DNA from: Salinarimonas sp.
Lineage (GTDB): Bacteria > Pseudomonadota > Alphaproteobacteria > Rhizobiales > Beijerinckiaceae
Assembly (NCBI RefSeq): GCF_046292825.1
Contig: NZ_JBKBQG010000017.1
Span: 7,972 to 71,971, forward strand
DNA length: 64,000 bases
Direction of reading: 5' to 3'
The position numbers and the translations under genes are program-made. The notes under the pieces were generated by a model that worked only from the letters and a program-made list of their open reading frames with translations, was not told the origin of the DNA and made no database searches. Of this stretch, positions 1 through 8,801 are shown piece by piece. Within the stretch, counting starts at the first letter, position 1. Each line of letters opens with the position of its first letter.

Positions 1-16
1 CACAGGGAGACGCGCC

Positions 17-268
17 ATGGCCGACGAGAAGCGGGATCGCCCCAATCTGAAGGACGAGGACGTGAGCGTCCTGCGCAACCGCCAGCGCAACGACGGCAAT
101 CCGACCGTCGACGAGGGCGAAGGCCCGGAGGGCAACGCCACCATGCGCCGCGCCTGGAGCGAGCCGGGCGGCGAGGCGCAGGCCTACCGGTCCGCGACGA
201 AGGGCGCCGGCGGCGACGCCGAGGAGCACGGCGACCTCACCGACGAGGAGGCCCGCAAGAGCCGGTGA
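17..268 (+). CDS. small (83 aa) highly charged hydrophilic protein, hypothetical (stress-protein-like composition)
   Basis: Complete ORF in the track. Rich in D/E/R/K/G/N with no hydrophobic segment. Same compositional class as the small ORFs at 2429, 60906 and 61130. Its upstream region is cut by the window edge. Confidence 0.4.
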   Translation: MADEKRDRPNLKDEDVSVLRNRQRNDGNPTVDEGEGPEGNATMRRAWSEPGGEAQAYRSATKGAGGDAEEHGDLTDEEARKSR

Positions 269-278
269 GCGATCGCGA

Positions 279-1136
279 TCAGCTGCGCCCCTCGCCCGCC
301 GCGCCGATCGCCTCGATCCGCGAGCCGCCGCGTCCCTCGCGGCCGAGCCGCTCGGCGAGCGCGGGGAGGAGGCGGCCGGCGGTCTCGGCGAGCGTGTAGG
401 GCGGGTTGATCACGAAGAGCCCGCAGCCGACGAGGCGCGGCTCCGGTCCCGGACGATCGATCGTCAGCTCGAGCCGCAAAGCCGGCCGCGCGAGATCGGC
501 GAAGCCGGCGGCCGCGCGGTCGATCTCCTTGGGGTACTTGATCGGATACCAGCCCACATAGACCCCCGTCGGCCATTTGCGGGCGGCGGCGAGCATGCGC
601 TCGACGAGGCGATCGAGTTCGCCCGCCTTCTCGAAGGGCGGGTCGATCAGGACGAGGCCGCGCTTCTCCTTGGGCGGGATCAGGCTCGAGAGCGCCGTCC
701 AGCCGTCGAGATGCAGGACCTTCAGGTTGGCGACGCTGTTGAAGCGCACGGCGAGCACGTCCGCGTCGGCCGGATGCAGCTCGACGAAGACGCCGCGATC
801 CTGCCGGCGCAGCAGCTCGCGCGCGATCGCCGGCGAGCCGGGATAGGCGCGCGCGCCGTAGCGGGCCCGCACGGCGGCGAGCGCGGCGCGGTAGGGGGCG
901 AGCGCCTCCTCGATCGCGGGCGAGAACGGCGTCTCGATCAGCCCGACGCCGCCATCCGCCTCGCCCGTCCGCTGCGCCTCGTCCGCGTCGAGATCGTAGA
1001 GCCCGATCCCGGCATGGGTGTCGATCAGGCGGAACGGGGTCTCCTTGCGGCCGAGATAAGCGATCAGCCAGGCGAGGAGGGCGTGCTTCATCACGTCGGC
1101 GAAATTGCCGGCGTGATAGATGTGGCGGTAATTCAT
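279..1136 (-). CDS. rlmJ: 23S rRNA (adenine2030-N6)-methyltransferase RlmJ
   Basis: N-terminus MNYRHIYHAGNFADVMKH parallels the RlmJ/YhiR signature (E. coli MLSYRHSFHAGNHADVLKH). It has DTHAG and the N6-adenine methyltransferase motif LIDPPFE. Length 285 aa is typical. Confidence 0.85.
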   Translation of the reverse strand: MNYRHIYHAGNFADVMKHALLAWLIAYLGRKETPFRLIDTHAGIGLYDLDADEAQRTGEADGGVGLIETPFSPAIEEALAPYRAALAAVRARYGARAYPGSPAIARELLRRQDRGVFVELHPADADVLAVRFNSVANLKVLHLDGWTALSSLIPPKEKRGLVLIDPPFEKAGELDRLVERMLAAARKWPTGVYVGWYPIKYPKEIDRAAAGFADLARPALRLELTIDRPGPEPRLVGCGLFVINPPYTLAETAGRLLPALAERLGREGRGGSRIEAIGAAGEGRS

Positions 1137-1161
1137 CGCGGCGCCTTTCGGCCCGCGTCGC

Positions 1162-1662
1162 TCACGGACGCATCATGCGGCAATTGGGGGCGGCGTGGAG
1201 GTGGCGCTCGACGCCGGTGACGCACCAATCCACCTTCCAGGTCGAGCCGAAGAGATAGCCCGTCTCCTCGCGCACGATGTAGGCCACCTCGTGGCGGCGC
1301 ATATGCGGCCCCTCCTGGACGAGCGCGGTCGCCGAGCAGAAATTGCGCGGGACGAAGGAGCGGCTCCAAGGCCGGTGCGCGACGAGGCGGGGATGCTCGA
1401 AGCCGACGATCCGCAGGGGCGAATCCCAGAAGCGCGATTCGCGGCGGTCGAACGCGCGGTTGATCTCGGCGAGGACCGCGGGGGCGTCGCAGGTGGGAAT
1501 CACGCCGGAATAGGGGATCACGCGCTGTTCCGCCGGAGGGGTGCCGGAGCCGGTGACCGGGGCGCGCGTCGGCACCCGCGCGAGATCCGCCGCACTCGCC
1601 ATGCCGCCTGCGAGCAACGCGACCGCAGCCCCGAGAGCCAAAGCCATACGCATCGTGAGCAT
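1162..1662 (-). CDS. secreted hypothetical protein (signal peptide, about 166 aa)
   Basis: Internal start MLTMRMALALGAAVALLAGGMASA is a clear Sec signal. The upstream part of the 268-aa track ORF is Arg/Ser/Pro junk. Cys-containing mature part; no family recognised. Confidence 0.55.
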   Translation of the reverse strand: MLTMRMALALGAAVALLAGGMASAADLARVPTRAPVTGSGTPPAEQRVIPYSGVIPTCDAPAVLAEINRAFDRRESRFWDSPLRIVGFEHPRLVAHRPWSRSFVPRNFCSATALVQEGPHMRRHEVAYIVREETGYLFGSTWKVDWCVTGVERHLHAAPNCRMMRP

Positions 1663-1765
1663 CCCTTGTTCTGATTGCCCCAATGTGGCCACGATCGGGG
1701 AGGGCGCGCGCGAAATCAAGGCCCGCGCCGCGTGGCTTCGCCGTCTCCGAGCGATTTGCGGGAGC

Positions 1766-2311
1766 CTATGGCGCGCGGAACACGCGCAGGGACACGCGCG
1801 CGGGCTCGTCGAGCCAGATCGGCGGCCCGGCGACGAGGCCCGCCGCGTGCAGGAGCTCCTCGGCCGCGATCCCCGATTCGCAGGCGCGGAACAGGCCCCG
1901 CCCGCCGGGCAGTCGCGCGTCGTGCGCCCGCGCGAGGTGGAAGCTCGTAAAGCCGCCGGGACCGACATGATCGAACACGTCCTGCCCGCCCGGCACGCCG
2001 ATATCCCCGCCCTCCGGCACCGCTTGCGCCAGCGCCTGCGCGAGCGGGACGCGCGCGGGGTTCCACCAGAATCCGTCCGCGCGGCGCTCGAGACCGTCGG
2101 CCGAGCGCGACATCACGATGCGCAGGCGGTTTCGGTGATTGGGGCTCGCCTCGTGCGAGCGGCGCCCGAGCAGCGTCGCGCGCGCGGCGTCGAGGCCCGC
2201 CTGGAAATAGGCCCAGTCGGCGTCGTTGCGCAGGCAATCGGGAAAGCGCCCCTGCGCATCGGCGATGCGGTCGTCGGCGCTGACGATGGCGTAGGCGTGA
2301 AGGCGGTGCAT
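1766..2311 (-). CDS. dihydrofolate reductase-like / RibD C-terminal domain family protein
   Basis: Start chosen at MHRLHAYAIVSADDRIA. The pattern (IVSADGRIA-like N-terminus, GRRSHEA, PGGQDVF) resembles the RibD_C/DHFR-like family. Upstream ORF extension is low-complexity. Confidence 0.55.
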   Translation of the reverse strand: MHRLHAYAIVSADDRIADAQGRFPDCLRNDADWAYFQAGLDAARATLLGRRSHEASPNHRNRLRIVMSRSADGLERRADGFWWNPARVPLAQALAQAVPEGGDIGVPGGQDVFDHVGPGGFTSFHLARAHDARLPGGRGLFRACESGIAAEELLHAAGLVAGPPIWLDEPARVSLRVFRAP

Positions 2312-2365
2312 CGGGCTCCTCCGGCGGCGCCGATAGCAGAGGCGCGGACCTGCGTGAAGCGCGCG

Positions 2366-2391
2366 CGAACGCCGCGGGCGCTCCCGGCGTT
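2366..2391 (+). promoter_or_regulatory. candidate EcfG-type (general stress response sigma) promoter: cGAAC-N17-CGTT
   Basis: Sequence cgaac gccgcgggcgctcccgg cgtt lies 38 nt upstream of the ATG at 2429. It differs from the GGAAC-N16/17-CGTT consensus at one position of the -35 element. Confidence 0.35.
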
Positions 2392-2428
2392 GTTCCTCCG
2401 GCGACAGAACCCGCCAGGAGGGCGAGCC

Positions 2429-2623
2429 ATGCAGGACGAGCGCGAGAAGAACCAGAATTCGCAGACGCAGCCCGGACGGACGAAGGAGGACGCGGACCGC
2501 GAGCGGCCGCACCCCGCAGGACCGCATGCGCGGCGCGATCTCACCAACGAGGACGCCACCCCCGGCAGCGGCTCGCTGCCCGACGACGGCGCGAGCGGCG
2601 GGGTCGATCCCGCAGGCGGGTGA
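2429..2623 (+). CDS. small (64 aa) hydrophilic protein, hypothetical (stress-protein-like)
   Basis: ATG preceded by aggagg at 2416-2421. Sequence MQDEREKNQNSQTQPGRTKEDADRER... is charged and disordered. It is the 3' part of a longer spurious track ORF. Confidence 0.5.
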   Translation: MQDEREKNQNSQTQPGRTKEDADRERPHPAGPHARRDLTNEDATPGSGSLPDDGASGGVDPAGG

Positions 2624-2689
2624 GGCCCGCGCCGATGCGGACAGGGCCACCGCTTCTTCCGGTCAGCGTTCGAGAATCCTTGCCCGCTC

Positions 2690-2725
2690 GTCATTCCGGG
2701 CTTGGCTATCGCGCCCCGGAATGAC
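2690..2725. repeat. 36-bp palindromic mini-element resembling the termini of repeat families A/B
   Basis: gtcattccggg ... ccccggaatgac. The arms match the GTCATCCC(C)GG / CC(G)GGGATGAC termini of the 180-195 bp repeats except for one T/A pair. Confidence 0.5.
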
Positions 2726-2884
2726 GGCGATGAGAATCTCCGAAGGCGTTGCGATCCCTTTGGCGCGGAGAGGGGCGGCGCCTCGGAATCGGCGACGATG
2801 CGCAAATCGGATACCCCCCACGCGAGAGCGCCTCCCCCGTCGCCGGGAGAGGCGCTCGCATCGTCGTTGCGTTCGGGCTGCCGA

Positions 2885-3922
2885 TTACTCGGCCGGGACC
2901 GCTGCCGGGGTGGCGCCGCCGGGGCGGTCGGACTGCTTGCGGCGCGCCTCCTCGGCCCAGAGCGAGTGGTGCTCGCGCGCCCAATTGTAGTCGACCTCGC
3001 CCGAGCCCATCGCGTCGAAGGCGCCCTGCATGCCGATCGAGCCGATATAGATGTGGCCGATCATGACGGCGATCAGGATGGCCGAGACGAGCCCGTGGAC
3101 CATCTGGGCGATCTGCCAATTGGCATAGGTGCCGGCGAGATAGGGGAAGAGCAGCAGCACGCCGGTGACGGAGAGCGCCGCGCCGCCGATGATGACGGAC
3201 CAGAAGATGCCCTTCTGACCGGCATTGAACTTCTTCGCCTGCGGATGCACGCCCTTCGAGAACAGACCGCCGCCGGCCTTCAGCCAGGCGATGTCCGTGC
3301 GGTCGGGGATGTTGTCCTTGATCCACACGACGAGCATGAACACGAGGCCCGCCATGAAGGGGAAGGCGAGGTAATTGTGCGCGTACTTGCCGAGCTGGGT
3401 CGCGGCCGCGAAGGTCTCGGGCCCGAACAGCGGCAGCAGAACGTAGCGGCCGAAGACGAGGTTGAGCCCCGTGAAGGCGAGGATCAGGAAGGTCGTCGCC
3501 GTGAGCCAGTGCACGAAGCGCTCGAACGAGTTGAAGCGCAGGATCTTGATGCCCGACAGCCCGGAATCGACCGTGATCCTGCCGCGCATCAGGTAGAACG
3601 CGAGAACGATGGCGATCATGCCGACGATGGCGAGCGCGGACGCCCACAGCATCGTCGATTGATGGAACTGGCGCCATTCGGGGCCGCCGGGCTTGATCAG
3701 GCCGGTCGCCTTCTGGTCGGGGATCGTGACGCGACCCTCGATGCCCTGGCCGCGCTGGAGCTGCTGCAGGAGCTGCTGCTCCGTGACGGATTCGGCGCGC
3801 GGATTGACGGATTGGGCCTGCGCGATGCCCGGCAGCATCGTCGCGACGAGCGCGACGATCGCGAGCACGGCGAGCGCCGTGGCGAAATGTCTGGCGAAGG
3901 CGGAGAAGCTCGCGCGGAGCAT
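2885..3922 (-). CDS. fdnI: formate dehydrogenase gamma subunit (cytochrome b556, FdnI/FdoI family) with N-terminal signal/periplasmic extension
   Basis: Start MLRASFSAFARHF...AQA. Later there are four hydrophobic helices with conserved His (FERFVHWL, AHNYLAFPF, MVHGLV, IGHIYIG) typical of FDH-N cytochrome b. Last gene of the FDH operon. Confidence 0.85.
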   Translation of the reverse strand: MLRASFSAFARHFATALAVLAIVALVATMLPGIAQAQSVNPRAESVTEQQLLQQLQRGQGIEGRVTIPDQKATGLIKPGGPEWRQFHQSTMLWASALAIVGMIAIVLAFYLMRGRITVDSGLSGIKILRFNSFERFVHWLTATTFLILAFTGLNLVFGRYVLLPLFGPETFAAATQLGKYAHNYLAFPFMAGLVFMLVVWIKDNIPDRTDIAWLKAGGGLFSKGVHPQAKKFNAGQKGIFWSVIIGGAALSVTGVLLLFPYLAGTYANWQIAQMVHGLVSAILIAVMIGHIYIGSIGMQGAFDAMGSGEVDYNWAREHHSLWAEEARRKQSDRPGGATPAAVPAE

Positions 3923-4005
3923 GGGATATTCCTTCCCTGAACTGTGGTTTTCGAGGCGCGGGCGCCGCCGCAGGGCCGGACCCCGCGGCGGCGCGCAAAG
4001 CGACC

Positions 4006-4602
4006 TCAGATGGCGACGGTTTCCTTGTAGGCCGTCTGCCAGCCCCAGGCGCCCGAGCCGTAGCCGCGGGTGACGACGCGCTCGCGATAGATCTCGGCGA
4101 TGATCTCGCCGTCGCCGGCGAGCAGCGCCTTCGTCGAGCACATCTCCGCGCAGATCGGCAGCTTGCCTTCCGCGAGACGATTGGCGCCGTACTTCTCGTA
4201 CTCCACCGTCGACATGTCCGCTTCCGGACCGCCCGAGCAATAGGTGCACTTGTCCATCTTGCCGCGCGAACCGAAATTGCCGACGCGCGGGTATTGCGGC
4301 GCGCCGAACGGGCAGGCGTAGAAGCAATAGCCGCAGCCGATGCACAGGTCCTTCGAGTGCAGGACCACCTGATCGGCGGTGGTGTAGAAGCAGTCCACCG
4401 GGCACACGGCCGCGCAGGGCGCGTCCGTGCAGTGCATGCAGGCCATCGAGATCGATCGCTCGCCGGGCAGGCCGTCGTTGATCGTCACGACGCGCCGACG
4501 ATTGATGCCCCACGGCACCTCGTGCTCGTTCTTGCAGGCAGTGACGCAAGCGTTGCACTCGATGCAACGGTCCGCGTCGCAGAGGAACTTCATCCGAGCC
4601 AT
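4006..4602 (-). CDS. fdxH: formate dehydrogenase iron-sulfur (beta) subunit, 4x[4Fe-4S] ferredoxin type
   Basis: Cys clusters CIECNACVTAC, CMHCTDAPCAAVCP, CIGCGYCFYACP and CTYC...C. Sits directly downstream of the catalytic subunit. Confidence 0.9.
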   Translation of the reverse strand: MARMKFLCDADRCIECNACVTACKNEHEVPWGINRRRVVTINDGLPGERSISMACMHCTDAPCAAVCPVDCFYTTADQVVLHSKDLCIGCGYCFYACPFGAPQYPRVGNFGSRGKMDKCTYCSGGPEADMSTVEYEKYGANRLAEGKLPICAEMCSTKALLAGDGEIIAEIYRERVVTRGYGSGAWGWQTAYKETVAI

Positions 4603-4616
4603 AGTTCAAATCCCCC

Positions 4617-7568
4617 TTACGCGGCCGCGATCTGGCACAGAGTGACCTTGGTTTCCTGCATGCCGGTCACCGGGTCGTAGCCGTAGCTGGTCACGGTGTT
4701 CACGCTCTCGCCGAGAACGATCGGATCCGTGCCCAGCGGGTACTTGCCGCGCTGATCGGCGCCCTGGAACCAGCCGGCGAAGTGGAACGGCATGAACGCC
4801 ACGCCGGGACCCACGCGCTCCGTCACCAGCGCCTTGACGCGGGTGCGCGAGCGGTTCTCCGGACCGCTGACCCACACCCATTGCCCTTCCGAGATGCCGC
4901 GCTGGGCCGCGTCCGCCGGATTGATCTCGACGAACATGTCCTGCTGCAGCTCGGCGAGCCACTTGTTGGAGCGGGTCTCCTCGCCGCCGCCCTCGTACTC
5001 GACGAGACGGCCGGAGGTGAGGATGATCGGGAAGTCGCGCGCGATGTTCTTCTCGATCGCGGCCTTCTGCACCGTATGGCCGATATTCGGCATGCGCTGC
5101 TGGCGGAAATCGTCGCGGGTCGGGTACTGGGCGACGAGCTCCGTGCGCGGCGTGTAGATCGGCTCGCGATGGACCGGCACCGGATCGGGCAGGTTCCAGG
5201 CGACCGCGCGGGCCTTGGCGTTGCCGAAGGGCACGACGCCGTGCTCGAGGCAGACGCGCTGGATGCCGCCCGACAGGTCGGTCGACCAGGACACCGCGTC
5301 CACATTCTCACCGCCCTGACGCTCGATCTGGGCGAGTTCGGCGGGCGTGAGGTCCGCGTCCCAGCCGAGGCGCTTGAGGACGCCCATCGTGAACTCGGGA
5401 TAGCCGTCCGTCAGCTCCGAGCCGAGCGAGTAGGAACCCTCGGCCAGGAGGTTGACGCCGTCGCGCTCGACGCCGAAGCGCGCGCGGAAGGCGCCGCCGC
5501 CGTCCTTCACGTGCAGGTTCGTGTTGTAGAGGACGTGCGTGCCCGGATGGCGGATCTCCGGCTTGCCCCAGCAGGGCCAGGGCAGGCCGTAATAATCGCC
5601 GCCGACATCCGCGACGTCCCTGGGCGCGCGCAGTGTGACGAGGTCGAACGCCCCCTGGTTCGCCATGTGCGCCTTGATGCGCTCCGGCGACTGGCCGCAA
5701 TAGCCCGTCGACCAGCCGCCGGCATTGATCTCGCGAAGGATCGATTCCGGGGTCGGCTCGGGGCCGAACTTGCCGTCCACGAACTCGTAGTTCTTGAACA
5801 TCTCGTCGGCGAAGCCGAGGCGCTTGGCGAGCTCGAACATCACCCAGTAATCGTTCGAGGATTCGAAGATCGGCTCGACCACCTTCTGGCCCCACTGGAT
5901 GGAGCGGTTCGAGGCCGTGCGCGAGCCCTCGCACTCGAACTGGGTGCAGATCGGCAGGAGGTAGGTGTTGTCGCGCCGCTCGCCGAGCACCGCGAAGGTG
6001 GTCGGATGCGGGTCGGCGACGACGAGGAGGTCGAGGCGCTTGAGGCCCTCCGCGACTTCCGGCATGCGGGTGACGGTGTTGCCGCCGTGGCCGAACACCA
6101 TCATCGCCTTGACGTTGTCGCGCTGGTCGACGTCGTCGGCGGGCATCAGGACGGCGTCGAACCAACGCGTCGTGGTGATGCCGGGGGTCTCCATGTTCTG
6201 CTTCTGCGTGCGCGCCTCGCGGCCGCCCTTGGCGGGGACCTCGTCGAAGCGGGACTGCAGGTAGTCGTAGGAGACGCCCCAGACGCGCGCCCAATGGCGC
6301 CAGCCGCCCTCGGCGAGGCCGTAATAGAGGGGCAGCGTCGTGACGTCGAGGCCGAGATCGGTCGCGCCCTGCACGTTGCAATGGCCGCGGAAGATGTTGG
6401 CGCCCGTGCCGTCCGCGCCGACGTTTCCGGTGGCCAGCAGCAGCGTGCAATAGGCGCGCACGTTCGCGGTGCCGACCGTCTTCTGCGTCGCGCCCATGCA
6501 CCAGATGAGGGTCGAGGGCTTCTGCGTGGCGAAGAGCTCGGCGACCCGGCGCAGCTGCGCGCCCGGCACGCCGGTGACGCGCTCGACCTCCTCGGGCGTC
6601 CACTTCGCCACCTCGGCGCGGACCTCGTCCATGCCGTAGACGCGGCTCTCGATGAAGGCCTTGTCTTCCCAGCCGTTCTCGAAGATGTGCCAGAGCATGC
6701 CCCAGATCACCGGGATGTCGGTGCCCGGACGGATGCGGACGTACTCGTTGGCATGCGCCGCCGTGCGCGTGAAGCGCGGATCGATGACGATCATGTTGGC
6801 GCGGTTGATCTCCTTGCCCGTCAGCACGTGCTGGAGGGAGACCGGATGCGCCTCCGCGGGATTCCCGCCCATGATGATCATGGTCTTGGAATTGCGGATG
6901 TCGTTGTAGGAATTCGTCTGGGCGCCGTAGCCCCAGGTGTTGGCGACGCCGGCGACGGTCGTCGAGTGGCAGATGCGCGCCTGGTGGTCGACCGAGTTCG
7001 TGCCCCAGAAGGCGGCGAGCTTGCGGTAGAGATAGGCGCCCTCGTTGGAGAACTTGGCGGAGCCGAGCCAGAACACCGAATCGGCGCCCGACGTCTGACG
7101 GATCTCGCCGAGCTTCGCGGCGATCTCGTCGAGCGCCTCGGCCCAGATGGTGCGGACCCACTGCCCGTTGACCATCTTCATCGGATACTTGAGGCGGCGG
7201 TCGCCATGGACGAGCTCGCGCACCGCAGCGCCCTTGGCGCAATGGGTGCCGCGGTTGATCGGGCTCTCCCAGGCCGGCTCCTGGCCGACCCAGACGCCGT
7301 TCTGCACCTCGGCGATCACCGTGCAGCCCACCGAGCAATGGGTGCAGATGTTCTTCCTGCGCTCCACGGGAGCGCCCGGGATCATCGGGCCGGCCTCGGC
7401 CTTGCGGACCGCGCCGAGCGACAGGGTCGAGGCGGCGGCGATGCCGCCGACCGCGATCCCGGAGCGGCGCAGGAAGGTGCGGCGGTCCATCACCGCGCTG
7501 GCGGCGGCGGCGACGACGGCCGGGTGGCGGCCGCGGCGCGCCTCTGCGGTCTTGCGCTTGATCAGCAT
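4617..7568 (-). CDS. fdnG: formate dehydrogenase-N-type catalytic (alpha) subunit, molybdopterin oxidoreductase, Tat-exported, cysteine type
   Basis: Twin-arginine signal MDRRTFLRRSG. N-terminal Fe-S motif CTHCSVGC...C. Active-site region HQARICHSTTVAG has Cys where E. coli FdnG has Sec, and the ORF has no in-frame TGA. Start MLIKRK (7568) has ggagg 8 nt upstream; an alternative start is MDRRTF at 7490. Confidence 0.9.
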   Translation of the reverse strand: MLIKRKTAEARRGRHPAVVAAAASAVMDRRTFLRRSGIAVGGIAAASTLSLGAVRKAEAGPMIPGAPVERRKNICTHCSVGCTVIAEVQNGVWVGQEPAWESPINRGTHCAKGAAVRELVHGDRRLKYPMKMVNGQWVRTIWAEALDEIAAKLGEIRQTSGADSVFWLGSAKFSNEGAYLYRKLAAFWGTNSVDHQARICHSTTVAGVANTWGYGAQTNSYNDIRNSKTMIIMGGNPAEAHPVSLQHVLTGKEINRANMIVIDPRFTRTAAHANEYVRIRPGTDIPVIWGMLWHIFENGWEDKAFIESRVYGMDEVRAEVAKWTPEEVERVTGVPGAQLRRVAELFATQKPSTLIWCMGATQKTVGTANVRAYCTLLLATGNVGADGTGANIFRGHCNVQGATDLGLDVTTLPLYYGLAEGGWRHWARVWGVSYDYLQSRFDEVPAKGGREARTQKQNMETPGITTTRWFDAVLMPADDVDQRDNVKAMMVFGHGGNTVTRMPEVAEGLKRLDLLVVADPHPTTFAVLGERRDNTYLLPICTQFECEGSRTASNRSIQWGQKVVEPIFESSNDYWVMFELAKRLGFADEMFKNYEFVDGKFGPEPTPESILREINAGGWSTGYCGQSPERIKAHMANQGAFDLVTLRAPRDVADVGGDYYGLPWPCWGKPEIRHPGTHVLYNTNLHVKDGGGAFRARFGVERDGVNLLAEGSYSLGSELTDGYPEFTMGVLKRLGWDADLTPAELAQIERQGGENVDAVSWSTDLSGGIQRVCLEHGVVPFGNAKARAVAWNLPDPVPVHREPIYTPRTELVAQYPTRDDFRQQRMPNIGHTVQKAAIEKNIARDFPIILTSGRLVEYEGGGEETRSNKWLAELQQDMFVEINPADAAQRGISEGQWVWVSGPENRSRTRVKALVTERVGPGVAFMPFHFAGWFQGADQRGKYPLGTDPIVLGESVNTVTSYGYDPVTGMQETKVTLCQIAAA

Positions 7569-7582
7569 CTGGCTGCCTCCCC

Positions 7583-7798
7583 TCAGTACCGGTTGGTCCG
7601 GTAGAAATTCTCGACGTGCTCGGTCTTCTGGTAGCGGGCGCGACGCTTGTCGTCGGCGCCCTGCGCCTGAGCCGGGCTCGCGGCGATCGGCGCCACGACG
7701 GCGGCGGCCGCGACGGTGCCGACGCCGCCCACCGCCTTCAGGAAGCCGCGCCGATCGACCGCTTTCGGATCCGGCGTCTTGTCGTCGAACTTGCCCAT
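7583..7798 (-). CDS. small Tat-signal protein of formate dehydrogenase regions ('FDH region TAT target' family)
   Basis: 71 aa. Contains DRRGFLKAVGGVGTVAAAAV...AQA, a twin-arginine signal. Lies immediately upstream of the alpha subunit, as I recall for this family. Confidence 0.7.
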   Translation of the reverse strand: MGKFDDKTPDPKAVDRRGFLKAVGGVGTVAAAAVVAPIAASPAQAQGADDKRRARYQKTEHVENFYRTNRY

Positions 7799-7897
7799 GT
7801 CCGGGTCCTCCCAAGTCGCGGGCGCCGCGCGGCCCCCCGCTCGTACAAAGCCGTGGACGGTGCGGAACCGCCCGAATACGTCACCGGACGCGCCCGC

Positions 7898-8695
7898 TCA
7901 CGCGTCCATCGCGAAGGCTTGCGCCTCGATCTCCACGAATTCCCGCCCGAGCGTGCCCACCGTGCGGTAGAACCGCGAGGAGGGCGCGATCTCGAGATCG
8001 GCGAAGAATCGCGCCGCCCAAGGCTTCAGGTGGCGCTCGAAGAAGCCCTTCTGGGCGGTCTCCTCGGCGTCGAAGCGACCGGCGGCGAGGCCGGCCATCA
8101 CGTCGCAGAGGATGGCGATGTGGTCCTCGGGGTCCTTGAGCGTGTCGACCCGCTCGATGCCGAGCGAGGCGAGATCCGCGCGCACCGAGGCGAGCGGGCG
8201 CTCGTGCAGGAAGCCCGTCAGATAGAAGGAGGCGTAGGGCAGCAATTCGCCGCGCCCGAGCCCGATGAAGAGGTCGAAGAATTCGCGCTGCACCGCCTCG
8301 ACGCTCGTCGCGCGCGCGGCGTCCGCGAGCGCGAGATGGGCCATGCCGATCGGCGTCGCGTCGCCCTTCAGCGCGGCGAGGGCGGCGAGCGTCTCCGCAC
8401 CCGGCGCGCGGCCGAGGAGATGGGCGAGGAGGTCGTATTCGCGGGCGCGCAGGAGGTCGATCTCGTCGATCTCGGGGGCGGCGCTCTCGTTGTCGTCCAA
8501 CGCGTTCTCTTCCGGATACAGGTCTGGGCGCAACCGCGTGCGCGGAACTCCGGTCGCGGTCTCGACGGCGAGGACGCGCTCGGCGGGGATCTTCTGCCAA
8601 TTCGAGACGGAGGGCTGCGAGATGCCGAGCGACCGCGCGAGCGCACCGACGCCGCCGGCGGCGCGGATCGCCATGTCGAGCCCGTTCTCCCGCAT
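7898..8695 (-). CDS. fusion protein: N-terminal Cro/YdaS-like HTH domain + C-terminal TorD/DmsD-family redox-enzyme maturation chaperone
   Basis: N-terminus AIRAAGGVGALARSLGISQPSVSNWQKIP is a Cro/YdaS-type HTH. The C-terminus (REFFDLFIG...LPYASFYL...DPEDHIAILCDVMA...FFERHLKPWA) carries TorD-family motifs. Confidence 0.75.
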   Translation of the reverse strand: MRENGLDMAIRAAGGVGALARSLGISQPSVSNWQKIPAERVLAVETATGVPRTRLRPDLYPEENALDDNESAAPEIDEIDLLRAREYDLLAHLLGRAPGAETLAALAALKGDATPIGMAHLALADAARATSVEAVQREFFDLFIGLGRGELLPYASFYLTGFLHERPLASVRADLASLGIERVDTLKDPEDHIAILCDVMAGLAAGRFDAEETAQKGFFERHLKPWAARFFADLEIAPSSRFYRTVGTLGREFVEIEAQAFAMDA

Positions 8696-8740
8696 TCGTT
8701 TCCCCGAACCGCAACCGGCCGCCTTCTTCGGGACGGCCTC

Positions 8741-8801
8741 TTTCGAACGGGTTCATAGTAGAGGGCTATGGCGCGCCGGCCAAGTGTTTCGAATGGTTTC
8801 A
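8741..8801. promoter_or_regulatory. two 15-bp direct repeats (TTTCGAACGGGTTCA / TTTCGAATGGTTTCA) upstream of the HTH-TorD gene; candidate operator
   Basis: 13/15 identical, starts 46 bp apart. They lie in the 103-bp gap between the DUF3306-like stop and the HTH-TorD start. The second copy sits in a near-palindrome tgtttcgaatggtttcaaaca. Confidence 0.3.

Noticed and set aside
2826-2857. GC-rich hairpin (gagcgcctc / gaggcgctc) downstream of the FDH gamma subunit as a rho-independent terminator
   Set aside because: The stem is real, but no U-tract follows it on the minus strand, so the call is too weak for a feature.
4617-7568. Selenocysteine (in-frame TGA plus SECIS) in the formate dehydrogenase alpha subunit
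   Set aside because: The ORF is uninterrupted. The position equivalent to Sec in E. coli FdnG reads Cys (ARICHSTT). No sel genes are present.
4782-7604. 940-aa ORF antisense to the FDH alpha subunit. Similar long antisense or alternate-frame ORFs include 12757-14916, 44993-47533, 38632-40938, 21821-23833 and 26121-27710.
   Set aside because: These are typical artefacts of very high GC content, where stop codons are rare. The translations are Arg/Ala/Gly/Pro/Asp-rich low-complexity sequences with no motifs. Each overlaps a gene with strong family signatures on the other strand or in another frame.
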